A stretch of 64,000 bases of DNA from an uncultured Methanosarcinales archaeon (GTDB lineage Archaea > Halobacteriota > Methanosarcinia > Methanotrichales > Methanotrichaceae). The first letter of the stretch is position 1. Every line of letters starts with the position of its first letter. The stretch is from assembly GCA_963843555.1 (NCBI GenBank), contig CAWJKV010000016.1, forward strand, positions 1-64,000. The letters run 5' to 3'. The notes below the pieces were generated by a model, which was given only the letters and a program-made list of their open reading frames with translations, searched no databases and was not told the DNA's origin. The position numbers and the translations under genes were made by a program. Below are positions 54,907-64,000 of this stretch, piece after piece.

Positions 54907-55329
54907 ATGGGAGTTCTATTGGTATTGGCTATGGCTATTCTATCCGTGCCAGTTATGGCGCAGGGCCAAAGCGGCAGCGGTAGCGTAGACATCCTCGGAA
55001 CCGGCATATATGAGACAACTGGAGCTGCCTTCAAGTTCCCGTATTTTGCGAACACTAACCTCGACCTTCTGTCGGTTGGAAATGATAAAGCTTTGGCCAT
55101 TGGGAGTATCTGGCAAACGACACCCATGACCATTGCCACGAACAACCTGGAGATCAAGAAGAATCAGGATTCTGGAGCGTGCGACTGCTGTACCAGCGGC
55201 GATTTATCCTGCCAGGACTGCTGCCTCAAGGTCAATCTGGAGCAGATCACAGTAGGAAACAGGGAGGCCATGGCGTTCGGAATGGCTGTTGCCACCAACA
55301 ATGTGAAGATCGTCACCAACCAGCAATAG
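54907..55329 (+). CDS. Secreted protein with two Asn-rich repeats and a Cys-rich linker
   Basis: Signal-peptide-like N-terminus; NLDLLSVGNDKALAIG..ATNNLEIKKNQ / NLEQITVGNREAMAFG..ATNNVKIVTNQQ. Confidence 0.8.
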   Translation: MGVLLVLAMAILSVPVMAQGQSGSGSVDILGTGIYETTGAAFKFPYFANTNLDLLSVGNDKALAIGSIWQTTPMTIATNNLEIKKNQDSGACDCCTSGDLSCQDCCLKVNLEQITVGNREAMAFGMAVATNNVKIVTNQQ

Positions 55330-55358
55330 CTCGAGGTCAGAAAGACCCAGGATCATTT

Positions 55359-56012
55359 ATGAATAAAATGCATGGACCCATCGGCCTCGCGCTGATGGGG
55401 GCCGCTTTTGTTTGTTTTTGTATTATGCTCAGCGCCTCGGCAGCCCATATGCCATCAAATCTGCCGGACTTGCAGAACGAGTTAAGGAAATCCAGCTCTG
55501 TTCCTTTTGAACAGATCCCGGACATGCAGCATCGTATTCGAGAACTCATGCCCCAATCATCGCCTTCCAAAGAAGAAGTCGATCTGTTGGGATCATCTCC
55601 AGTGGCCCAGGTTCCGGATCTAAAAGCGATAAATACAATCAAGCAAAGAGATATCGTCTATGATGAGGCCCAGAGTGGGGATCCTGAATCACAGGGTCTT
55701 GTCAATTCCATGGATGTCAGCATCACAGGCCAAGAGCCTGCAAAAAACGATGCTTTCGGCAAGGGTGGAAGTGGGGATGACATAGAAAAAATTGTTGATG
55801 ATGCATTTAACAATCGCATGGAAAATAAAAAGAATGATGGCAGAGCGAAGTCACAGCAGATGGGCAACAATCTGAACATCGATGTGAGCGGAATTTCCGT
55901 CAGCGCCCTGAATACTGTGGAAGGGGGCAGTGCGGTCGCCACCTCTAATATTATCATAAGACCGGTGCAGATCATCATAAGCCCATCCGAGGTTGAAGAG
56001 AAGCTGAAGTGA
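55359..56012 (+). CDS. Secreted or anchored hypothetical protein
   Basis: Hydrophobic N-terminus; C-terminal SAVATSNIII. Confidence 0.7.
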   Translation: MNKMHGPIGLALMGAAFVCFCIMLSASAAHMPSNLPDLQNELRKSSSVPFEQIPDMQHRIRELMPQSSPSKEEVDLLGSSPVAQVPDLKAINTIKQRDIVYDEAQSGDPESQGLVNSMDVSITGQEPAKNDAFGKGGSGDDIEKIVDDAFNNRMENKKNDGRAKSQQMGNNLNIDVSGISVSALNTVEGGSAVATSNIIIRPVQIIISPSEVEEKLK

Positions 56013-56138
56013 TTTGTGTAAAAATTTGGAAGTGGGCTTTGTACCAATCTTCGTGCAGAGACTCCATTTCCTCCTTTTCTTATTCGATTCTGAGCTATCA
56101 CAAACTATAAGGGTATTTTGTACCATCCTTTTGTCGAC

Positions 56139-57488
56139 ATGACCATTCAAAGACCGAGAGGCACCCGGGACTTTCTTCCTGAGGAGACATGGAAGCGCGG
56201 CAGAGTTCGCCTTGCTATGCAAGATGTGTTAGAGCGGTGGGGATACCAGGAAGTGGCCACACCCACTTTTGAACATCTAGAGCTATTCACCAAAAAATCA
56301 GGCGCATCCGTGATGGAGGAGATCTACAGCTTCCCGGACAAGGGTGGTCGCAACCTCGCCCTCCGGCCGGAGCTGACAGCTCCTGTGATGCGCATGTACG
56401 TCTCCGAGCTGCAGAATTCGCCGAAACCCCAGAGGCTCTACTATTTTGGCAACTGTTTCCGCTACGAGAGGCCCCAGAAAGGACGTTTCAGGGAGTTCTG
56501 GCAGCTAGGTGCGGAGCTGATTGGTGGAGCTAAGCCCGATTCGGAAGCCGAGGCAATATCCCTGGCAGACCAGATTCTGAAGAGCCTGGGTGTGAAGGGA
56601 GACATTCACGTCGGCTACCTGGGACTTATCCGGTCCCTGCTCGGCAAGATCAAGGCAGAAGATCGACCTCTATTGATGAGAATGATCGATAAAAAGGAGC
56701 GCGAGGCCCTGAAGGCCTTCTTGCAGGAGACCGGCCAGGGCCATCTCGGCCTGCTGGAATTGATCGATCTAAAAGGCAAAGAGGCCCTGGACAAGGCCCT
56801 GGAGATCGCCCAGGATCTGGGGCCGCTTGAACCCGCTGCGGCTCCCTCTACGAATATGCAAACGGAGCCTTCCCCGGGGGAGCGCAGTTCGGCTCGCCAG
56901 GGCAGGTCTGTAGGCGCAGAGCTCCGGCTGGATGAGTTTCAAGAGACCGTAGATCTTCTGGAGGCCTATGGGGTCGACTTCCAAATAGACTTTGAGATTG
57001 TGCGCGGCCTGGAGTACTACTCCGGAACGGTCTTTGAGATCTATGCGGAGGGGCTGGGCGCACAGCGCCAGATCTGCGGCGGAGGCACATACGAACTGGC
57101 CAGCCTCTTTGGGGGTAAGGAGACCTCTTCTACGGGCTTTGGCCTGGGATTTGATCGCATAATGGAGATAGTGCAGATAGTCGAGAAGCGAAGGTCGCCC
57201 GTCTTTTTGGTCTATATGCCTGATGTCAAAGTAGAGGCAATTAGGATCGCGAATAAGCTGCGCCAGATGAATCAGAATGTTCCGGTCGTGCTGGATGTCA
57301 TGGGCCGGAGCCTGACGGCACAACTTAAGGCAGCTTCCAGCGCGGGAGCAGAGTTTGTGGTAATAATTGGCAAAGACGAGCTGGATGCCGGATCTCTCAC
57401 CTTGCGGGATATGAAAGGTGGCAAGCAGGAGAGCCTGACGCTGGGGGTTATCGAGGAGCGGCTGAGGGCGCATTTTCGGGTTTCGTAA
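56139..57488 (+). CDS. hisS: Histidine--tRNA ligase
   Basis: RPRGTRDF, LRPELTAP, FRYERPQKGRFREF.Q, VRGLEYYSG, GGG.Y. Confidence 0.96.
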   Translation: MTIQRPRGTRDFLPEETWKRGRVRLAMQDVLERWGYQEVATPTFEHLELFTKKSGASVMEEIYSFPDKGGRNLALRPELTAPVMRMYVSELQNSPKPQRLYYFGNCFRYERPQKGRFREFWQLGAELIGGAKPDSEAEAISLADQILKSLGVKGDIHVGYLGLIRSLLGKIKAEDRPLLMRMIDKKEREALKAFLQETGQGHLGLLELIDLKGKEALDKALEIAQDLGPLEPAAAPSTNMQTEPSPGERSSARQGRSVGAELRLDEFQETVDLLEAYGVDFQIDFEIVRGLEYYSGTVFEIYAEGLGAQRQICGGGTYELASLFGGKETSSTGFGLGFDRIMEIVQIVEKRRSPVFLVYMPDVKVEAIRIANKLRQMNQNVPVVLDVMGRSLTAQLKAASSAGAEFVVIIGKDELDAGSLTLRDMKGGKQESLTLGVIEERLRAHFRVS

Positions 57489-57558
57489 GAGCCAGGCTTA
57501 GACGGATGAGGGGCTTCTTCTCGGGAAGGCCTTTTCATTCGTATTACTTTATGCCCAA

Positions 57559-57705
57559 TTAGGTGGATGAGGCGGATAGTATTATCAATAGGAAGAAGGC
57601 CAGGGCCAAAGATAAAATAAGCATAATGTCATGATATTTGTTCTTCAGCAGACCATCCATAACCGTATTACTCCACCGTTGATCCTCAAGATCTGACATA
57701 ACCAT
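57559..57705 (-). CDS. Putative 48-aa membrane peptide
   Basis: MVMSDLEDQRWSNTVMDGLLKNKYHDIMLILSLALAFFLLIILSASST with a G-rich RBS-like run. Confidence 0.35.
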   Translation of the reverse strand: MVMSDLEDQRWSNTVMDGLLKNKYHDIMLILSLALAFFLLIILSASST

Positions 57706-57880
57706 CCCCCTATAATCTCCTGTAATATTATACGGTGTTTAGCTTTAAGTAGTTTTTTATGAATACATCTCAATTAATATGAGTATTACGGACGAGGCTG
57801 TAGGGAAGAGGCTGTAGATACTCTTACTATGACATAACAATTTTTAAAATAAAAATTTAAAAATAGAACATCCAAAAGGA

Positions 57881-58438
57881 TTAAAGCAGCCCCATGTTTT
57901 CGAGCTGCATCCTGACGATCCGCACACCTTCTTCGCACTCCTCAGGAGATTTGCCGCCCGTCACGACCAGTTTGCCGGAGCTGAATATTAGCACGACCAC
58001 CTTGGGAACTTTTATCCTGTAAACGAGTCCCGGAAACTGCTCTGGTTCGTACTCAATATTCTCCAGTCCCAGACCGAGGGCGATAGCGTTCAGATTCAAG
58101 TCAGTCTTCAGATCTGCAGAGGCCACAATGTTTTGAACGTGGATCTCGGGCTCCAGATCGATCTTCTCGAAGCCTATGGATTTGAGCGTCTTGGCCATAT
58201 TGGTTATGACTGTACGAACATCTTCGACGTTCTTGGCTCCGGTGCATACTACCTTGCCGGAAGTGAATATGAGAAAGGCAGCTCTTGGAGCCTTTACCCT
58301 GTAGACGAGGCCGGGGAACTTCTCCTTGTTATATTCAGCGCCCTCCAGCTCGGCCTCGATCTTATGCAGATCAAACTCTTCTGCCAGCTTGGTGGATGCC
58401 ACCACGTTCTCTATATTTATTGTGGACTCCATACTCAA
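57881..58438 (-). CDS. tbp: TATA-box-binding protein
   Basis: IENVVAS/VQNIVAS and FPGLVYR/LIF.SGK.V.TG duplicated domains. Confidence 0.97.
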   Translation of the reverse strand: MSMESTINIENVVASTKLAEEFDLHKIEAELEGAEYNKEKFPGLVYRVKAPRAAFLIFTSGKVVCTGAKNVEDVRTVITNMAKTLKSIGFEKIDLEPEIHVQNIVASADLKTDLNLNAIALGLGLENIEYEPEQFPGLVYRIKVPKVVVLIFSSGKLVVTGGKSPEECEEGVRIVRMQLENMGLL

Positions 58439-58604
58439 GTATCTCCAGTACTACTCTTATAAACTGGGTGTATATATACATGAGTATTTAAGATTTATAA
58501 ACGGCTTATAAATGGTTTATAAACTGGCCGAAGAACGACATCGCCTTATGGAGAATCTGTTACGATTAGAATCTATTATGATTAAATGATAGAAAAAGCC
58601 AAAA

Positions 58605-58693
58605 AGCCGCCGATGGGATTCGAACCCATGAACTGCTGATCTTTCGGACTATCTTACGAATCAGCCGCTTTAACCGGGCTAAGCCACGGCGGC
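58605..58693 (-). tRNA. tRNA-Thr(CGU) with a 14-nt intron at 37/38 (58641-58654)
   Basis: GCCGCCG/CGGCGGC acceptor stem, GCTT/AAGC D-stem, GCTGA-TTCGTA[intron]A-TCAGC, ATGGG-TTCGAAT-CCCAT T-arm. Confidence 0.92.
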
Positions 58694-58728
58694 CCTCAAA
58701 GTCTCTACTAGCAAATGCAGATGCCAAT

Positions 58729-60000
58729 TTAAGATTTGCGATCCTCACACGAGATCAGCTCAGGCACCATCTCTTGCTCAATGATCTCCTCCGCCAGCTG
58801 GGGCAGGAATATCCCGATATCCGTCACGAGGCCGATGGCCTGAGCCGATCCCCGGTCCATGAGCTTGGTTACGGTTGCTGGATTGATATCGACGCAGATG
58901 GTCTTAACAAAGGATGGCAGCAAATTGCCCACTGCAATAGAATGCAACATAGTGCCCAGCATTATGGTCATGTCCACGCCTCGCAGCGCCTTGTCCATAG
59001 CATCCTTGGCTTTTGCCGTGTCCGTGATTACCTCTGGAAGCGGCCCGTCGTCGCGAATGGAACCTGCCAGAATAAAAGTGATCCCTTTCTTCACAGCCTC
59101 ATACATGACCCCGCCTTTGAGCTTACCCTCCAAAATGGCATTGCGGATTGAGCCGCTAGCCATGATCTCGCTGATAGCGTAAAGATGGTTCCTATGGCCT
59201 CCGGAGATGGCATTTCCCGAGCAGTTCATGCCCAGGCTTGTGCCAAAGAGCTGGCGCTCGATATCATGCACCGCTACGGCATTTCCCGCCAGCAACACAT
59301 CCACGTATCCATCTCGAATTAGTTTGGCAAGTGATGGCGCCGCACCGGTGTGGACTACGGCCGGCCCACAGACCACGGCAATCTTCCCCCCCGCCTTCTT
59401 GGTCCTGACGATTTCGCCGGCCAATTGGCGGACGAGCTCACCGCTGGGCCTCTCTGAGGATACTTCATTGGACATGAATCCAAAGAATGTCTTCTCCCTG
59501 GGGCGCTCGGGCGGCACAACCTTGACCCCTGTTGTTCCAATCACTACCCTATCGCCTTTTTTGATATGGCCGATGGGCGTACACGCCGCCTTGCCATCTT
59601 CAAGGACGATGAGGCAATCCATGTGGTTGTAATCAACCTCCACCCACGAGCCCTGGTAGCGCACGTAGGTGGGATGATTGGTGGTAGAATAAAAACCTCT
59701 GGGAACGACCATGTCTCCTGGTGCTATGCCCGTCCGGACGTCCTCCATCTCAACAAGCTGGGCCCCCAGGGCATGCAGCTCCAGGAGCACCCTGTCCAGA
59801 TGAGCGGCATCCTCGCCTGTGACTGTGATCTGCACATAGCTGGTATCGTTCTTCTTCTGGCCTATCTGAAAGCTCTTGATCTCGAACTCGCCACCCATGT
59901 CCATGATCTTATCCAGCACCCGGGTCAACATCTGCGAGTCGATGAGATGGCCTTCCATCTCAATATCTGCAATCTCGGTCATAAGTTCGCTCTTCACCAC
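58729..60000 (-). CDS. LOR/SDH-like (TIGR00300-type) ornithine cyclodeaminase-like protein
   Basis: GHLIDS, FYSTTNHPT, GPAVVHTG, GNAVAVHDIE, AGSIRDDGPLP, TMLHSIAVGN. Confidence 0.85.
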   Translation of the reverse strand: MVKSELMTEIADIEMEGHLIDSQMLTRVLDKIMDMGGEFEIKSFQIGQKKNDTSYVQITVTGEDAAHLDRVLLELHALGAQLVEMEDVRTGIAPGDMVVPRGFYSTTNHPTYVRYQGSWVEVDYNHMDCLIVLEDGKAACTPIGHIKKGDRVVIGTTGVKVVPPERPREKTFFGFMSNEVSSERPSGELVRQLAGEIVRTKKAGGKIAVVCGPAVVHTGAAPSLAKLIRDGYVDVLLAGNAVAVHDIERQLFGTSLGMNCSGNAISGGHRNHLYAISEIMASGSIRNAILEGKLKGGVMYEAVKKGITFILAGSIRDDGPLPEVITDTAKAKDAMDKALRGVDMTIMLGTMLHSIAVGNLLPSFVKTICVDINPATVTKLMDRGSAQAIGLVTDIGIFLPQLAEEIIEQEMVPELISCEDRKS

Positions 60001-61115
60001 ATCTCTCCGTCCAGGAGCGCCTGGGTTTTATCGTTTGTGCTCATGATGAGTTTGGTGATCCTTATCAGATAACCGTCATCTTCGGGCACTGGCTGGTCGA
60101 AGATAGCCCGAATTCCACTCCTGCGAAGATGATACTCAAATTCCCTGGCCGTTACCAGGCTTTTCACCCGAATCTGCACCTTCTGAACGATATTTTCTTT
60201 GTCCTGCTTTCTCTGGATGGTGTCAACCAGCGGCAAGAGAATGCTCTCCCCCAGGCGCAGAGCCCTCACTTTCCGCTCCTCTGCCGACTCCATCCACTCC
60301 ATGGACTGAAAGCCTTCACGAACTGCTCGGGATACAAAGAAGTCCAGAGCATAGTCATTATAGTAGCGAAAGGCTATCTTCAGGTCGCCGCAATTGGTCT
60401 CGGAGCTGGTATATTTCAGGGGTGCCACCTTATTTTCCGGGTCCTTCATCACCACGCCTTCTCGCCCCTGCCGCCCAAGCTTAATCACAATCTGTTTGAT
60501 CCTTTCCGGTGCGATCTCTTTACGAAATTCGCCCAGGAAGGCCGCAGTCTTCAGGCCGAATTCCTGGGCAAATTCGTGCGTCCTTTGCACACCAAGAGTG
60601 CCTTTCCGGTTTTTTTGAGCAATGTCGAAGAGATAGAAGTCGATGGTATCCGTGGGATAGATATCCTTGGGTACATAGGGGTTTTCCGGGCCCACCATCT
60701 CGCCGCACATGACCAGGTTGGGGTTCTCTTCGAATACCTCCCCCGGCAGAAGACTGGCCGCCACTTCAGTGGAATAAGGACAGATAAATCCACCTCTAGT
60801 AAGGGCCACCAACTCTCCGTCTATGGATAAGACGCGCACATTGTGGCCGTTCATCTTCTCCTCGACCGCGACATTGTCGGAAAAATGCCTCTTTATCGCC
60901 GCTCCGAGCATGAGGGGACGGCGGATCTTTGGATAGCCATAGACGACCTCGCCACTCTTAAAAACAACTGTACCGGCCTCGATCCCCGAGGTCTCTTTTT
61001 CAAACCTCAGAAGTCGAGGCTCGGGCCAGTTCGACTCTCTGATTATAGTCTCTTGCAGGCCTTGCAGCCGATCTTCACTTATTCCCAGTCTATCTGCAAC
61101 TTTTCCGAGATTCAT
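59994..61115 (-). CDS. ATP-dependent RNA ligase, archaeal Rnl3/Pab1020 family
   Basis: GYPKIRR, EEKMNGHNVR (motif I), TRGGFICP, CGEMVGPENPY, REGVVMK, KYT. Confidence 0.92.
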   Translation of the reverse strand: MNLGKVADRLGISEDRLQGLQETIIRESNWPEPRLLRFEKETSGIEAGTVVFKSGEVVYGYPKIRRPLMLGAAIKRHFSDNVAVEEKMNGHNVRVLSIDGELVALTRGGFICPYSTEVAASLLPGEVFEENPNLVMCGEMVGPENPYVPKDIYPTDTIDFYLFDIAQKNRKGTLGVQRTHEFAQEFGLKTAAFLGEFRKEIAPERIKQIVIKLGRQGREGVVMKDPENKVAPLKYTSSETNCGDLKIAFRYYNDYALDFFVSRAVREGFQSMEWMESAEERKVRALRLGESILLPLVDTIQRKQDKENIVQKVQIRVKSLVTAREFEYHLRRSGIRAIFDQPVPEDDGYLIRITKLIMSTNDKTQALLDGEMW

Positions 61116-61900
61116 CTGGTCCTCACCAGATAATCTAAGATAGACCGCCTGGTGATCATGCCCACTACCTCTTCTCGATGGTTGAGAACGGGTAGGCCGC
61201 CTTTGTTCTCGGTGAGAATTATCGACTTTACCTCCTCCAGAGGAGTATCGGCGTAGACGTACCTGACATCATGGGTCATCACATCTGAGACCAGGATGTT
61301 GAAGATGCGGGCGTACTGCTTGCTGGCGGTGTCGTTCAGGTCCCGGAAGGCGCGCATGGATGTGGCCATGTCCTTCTCCGTTATTATGCCCACCAGCCGG
61401 CCTGCCTCCACTACGGGAAGCCTTCCTACGTCTCTGTCCAGCATCATGTGCCGGGCGTGAACCAGCCGGTCATTGGGGTTAGCAGTTAGGGGAAATCTCA
61501 TGGCGTCGGATGCCATGCCGCTCACATTTACGGCCGCCAGGATCTCTCTCGGCCGGACCCAGCCCAGAATCTTGTCGCCATCCACCGCTACCAGCACCGA
61601 GGTCTTCTGCAAGAGGATCATGGCATCGTCCACGCCCATATCCGGCAGGACCTTGATTACGGCATCCATAGTAGCTGACGCTACATGAAGAGAGGAGGCA
61701 GGCATGCCCAGTGATTTTCGGGTGCCAAGAACTCGAGCGATCTGTCTCGTAGTGATTATGCCGCCCATCTTGTCCTTATTGGTCACCAGGAGCCTACGCT
61801 GATCATTTTTCTCCATCAAATCCAGTGCATGGCTAATGCGCTCGGATTTATCGATAGTCATAGGCTCTGTCATGATGTCCTTTACCTGCATTACTTCCAC
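61112..61900 (-). CDS. CBS domain protein
   Basis: VKDIMT, LPVV...LVGIIT. Confidence 0.9.
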   Translation of the reverse strand: MEVMQVKDIMTEPMTIDKSERISHALDLMEKNDQRRLLVTNKDKMGGIITTRQIARVLGTRKSLGMPASSLHVASATMDAVIKVLPDMGVDDAMILLQKTSVLVAVDGDKILGWVRPREILAAVNVSGMASDAMRFPLTANPNDRLVHARHMMLDRDVGRLPVVEAGRLVGIITEKDMATSMRAFRDLNDTASKQYARIFNILVSDVMTHDVRYVYADTPLEEVKSIILTENKGGLPVLNHREEVVGMITRRSILDYLVRTR

Positions 61901-62751
61901 CTCCCGATCTCGGCGATGATCTCATCGGCTGAGAAGAATCCCACAACTTCGTTGTTCTCCGTAACAGGCATGCCGATGATGTGTTTTTCCTCAAGCGTTT
62001 TGCTGGCCTCAACGGCCTTTATCTCCGGGCTGAGAGAGAATATCGGCGAGGTCATGATATCCTCGGCCACGAAAGGCATCTGCTTCACGTACCGATACTG
62101 TTTTCTGCCTGCAGTGCTCTCTTTCCTGGTCATCTTGATGTTCTTGGTCTCCATCTCATCCTTGGGCCCCATCATCTCCGAGAATGTGAGGCCTGACCTG
62201 GTCACTATGCCCACGGGAGTCGTATTGTCCTCATAGACCAGCGCGCGGCTGACGCCTTGCACATTCATCTCCTCCAGTACATGGCCGATGGTATGATGAC
62301 GGTGCACATTCAAGATGTTCTTACTCATCAGGTCGCCCACAGTCGCTTTGATGTCTTGCTCTGAGAAGTACTTCACCATATCACGGGATGTGATCATGCC
62401 CACTATCTCATCATCGCGTTCTACGGGCAAGCCACTGATATCGTTTTCTATCAAGAGCTCTGCTGCCTGGGACATGGTGGCATCGGGGAATATGGTGATG
62501 GGTTTCTCAGTCATAACCACCTGGATGGGGACCTTGTCTATGGGCCGTCTGCGCCACTCCGGAGACGCCTGGCTGAGCCGGTTGGTGATATCGTACTTGG
62601 TAACTATGCCCACCAGCTTGCCGCCGTCCATTACAGGCATTCTGCCAATGCCGTACTTGAACATCAGATTCCTGGCCCTTTGGATGGGCTCGTTTCGCTC
62701 AATGACATATATGGGAGCGCTCATGTAATCTTTGACTTTCTTTATGATCAT
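61891..62751 (-). CDS. CBS domain protein
   Basis: VKDYMS, MPVMD..LVGIVT, LPVE..IVGMIT. Confidence 0.9.
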   Translation of the reverse strand: MIIKKVKDYMSAPIYVIERNEPIQRARNLMFKYGIGRMPVMDGGKLVGIVTKYDITNRLSQASPEWRRRPIDKVPIQVVMTEKPITIFPDATMSQAAELLIENDISGLPVERDDEIVGMITSRDMVKYFSEQDIKATVGDLMSKNILNVHRHHTIGHVLEEMNVQGVSRALVYEDNTTPVGIVTRSGLTFSEMMGPKDEMETKNIKMTRKESTAGRKQYRYVKQMPFVAEDIMTSPIFSLSPEIKAVEASKTLEEKHIIGMPVTENNEVVGFFSADEIIAEIGRWK

Positions 62752-63737
62752 GGCAGTATCCCTCTGTTCTCAGCTAACGCCCTCACGTAGTCTCTTTCCG
62801 TCAGAATCCCCACCAAGGAACCCTTGTCCATAACGGGCAGCGATCCAATGTCGTTGTCCATCATCTTCCTGGCCGCCTGGCCCAGGTCGACTTTCTTGTC
62901 TGTAGCCAGCAAGCTTCTCTTGATCAGGCTCTTGATGGGCTGATTCATTACCTCACCGATGTCGCCGGTAACCACTTTTTCAAAGGCGTCGCCGCTGCCC
63001 AGATATTTCATGATATCCGAAGCTGTGACCATGCCCATGAGAACTCCGTCCTGAACGACAGGCATGCGGCGGAAGCCCTTCTGGATGATCATCCTTGTCA
63101 TCTTCTCAATAGTGGTTTGAGCCGGTGCCGTCACCACATTGGGGCTCATGAAGGACTCAACGGAAAGGCCAGTATCCAGGCCTCTGCAAAAGCGCACAAA
63201 GTCCTCTTCTGTTATTATGGCCCGGATGCGGCTGTCCTCGTCCACGATGGGAAGGCCACCCACGTTCTTTTCATACATCAGCTTCAGGACGTCGGTCAGG
63301 GAGGAATTGTCGCTGGCATAAGTGAGTTTATCGCTCATTATCTCCCTGATATCGGCGTTTATGGCTGTGAAGATGTTGCCCCCGTACTTCTCTTGCAGCA
63401 AGTTATGCCGTAGCCCACCGCCCAGAAAGTCTACGATATCCACGGATGTTACGAAGCCAATCAGCCTCTTTGTGCCGGCATCAGCAATAGGAAGCCGGGA
63501 GAAGCCGTAGAAGGTCATGGTCTTTATGGCACCCATGATGGTTGTTGTCGGCGGAACGGTGACTACATCAGGCGATGCTGCCCCAATCAGCTCGCTGATG
63601 TGCTTGGCATGCCTGGAGTCAAATTGCAGAGGTCCTCTATCCCCTGAGCCGGGGGCTCTGGGCATCCGATCGTTCTTTTGCGGTATCCTTGTTATCTCTT
63701 TTCCCGTAGTTGGACCGTTGCTCATCTTATTCACCAA
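62748..63737 (-). CDS. CBS domain protein
   Basis: LPIAD, GGLPIVD, RRMPVV, SLPVMD..LVGILTERD. Confidence 0.9.
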   Translation of the reverse strand: MVNKMSNGPTTGKEITRIPQKNDRMPRAPGSGDRGPLQFDSRHAKHISELIGAASPDVVTVPPTTTIMGAIKTMTFYGFSRLPIADAGTKRLIGFVTSVDIVDFLGGGLRHNLLQEKYGGNIFTAINADIREIMSDKLTYASDNSSLTDVLKLMYEKNVGGLPIVDEDSRIRAIITEEDFVRFCRGLDTGLSVESFMSPNVVTAPAQTTIEKMTRMIIQKGFRRMPVVQDGVLMGMVTASDIMKYLGSGDAFEKVVTGDIGEVMNQPIKSLIKRSLLATDKKVDLGQAARKMMDNDIGSLPVMDKGSLVGILTERDYVRALAENRGILP

Positions 63738-64000
63738 GGTAACTCTTGATCAGATCGTTTCTATCCGCTATTCCCGCGAGCTTTCCTTTATCCACAACTG
63801 ATATTCTGCCCACGTCATGCTTGAGCATCAGCTCGATGGCTGCGCGCACGCTTTCTTCCGGCCTTATGCTATATAATGGCGAGCTCATAAATTTCTCTAC
63901 TGGCATCGAATCCGACGGCCTTCTCTCACTCTCCTTGCCAATCCTGGCGGTGCCTTTTAGAAGATCAAATCTGGTGATCATTCCCATTGGCTTGCCGTCC
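63727..64000 (-). CDS. CBS domain protein (3' part; runs off the window end)
   Basis: GMITRFDLL, VEKFMS, GIADRNDL. Confidence 0.85.
   Translation of the reverse strand, partial: DGKPMGMITRFDLLKGTARIGKESERRPSDSMPVEKFMSSPLYSIRPEESVRAAIELMLKHDVGRISVVDKGKLAGIADRNDLIKSYLGE

Noticed and set aside
58560..58700. tRNA-Thr as an integration site
   Set aside because: No duplicate of its 3' end and no integrase seen in the window
58605..64000. RNA ligase, intron-containing tRNA and CBS cluster as a novel RNA-repair system
   Set aside because: All are common euryarchaeal housekeeping genes with no accessory signature; adjacency alone is not evidence

Overview
Archaeal methanogen chromosome segment; gene content and style suggest Methanothrix/Methanotrichales (inference). 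The housekeeping backbone includes pyrF, fdhAB, ftsZ, thermosome, glutamate synthase, hisH/hisF, geranylgeranyl reductase, tpiA, hel308, dapL, leuS, hisS, tbp, an intron-containing tRNA-Thr(CGU), an RNA ligase and a CBS cluster. Three accessory regions interrupt it. (i) About 9.3-12.0 kb: a hybrid histidine kinase flanked by a duplicated 3' end of a UPF0146 gene. (ii) About 14.7-19.3 kb: PIN, NYN, HEPN-motif and ART-like genes. (iii) About 42.2-54.4 kb, starting at a duplicated leuS 3' end: an HD+Hsp90-like gene, then an array of about 7 toxin-antitoxin modules, each separated by a co-oriented copy of a GC-rich, hairpin-forming repeat of about 110-200 bp. One whole repeat-module-repeat unit is duplicated within the array. 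No integrase, transposase or CRISPR array is visible. This repeat-delimited TA cassette array is the best candidate for an undescribed system. Many genes at 0.2-7 kb and 33-42 kb, including essential leuS, carry single-base frameshifts that are most likely sequencing or assembly errors. All family calls come from motif recognition by eye; no searches were run.
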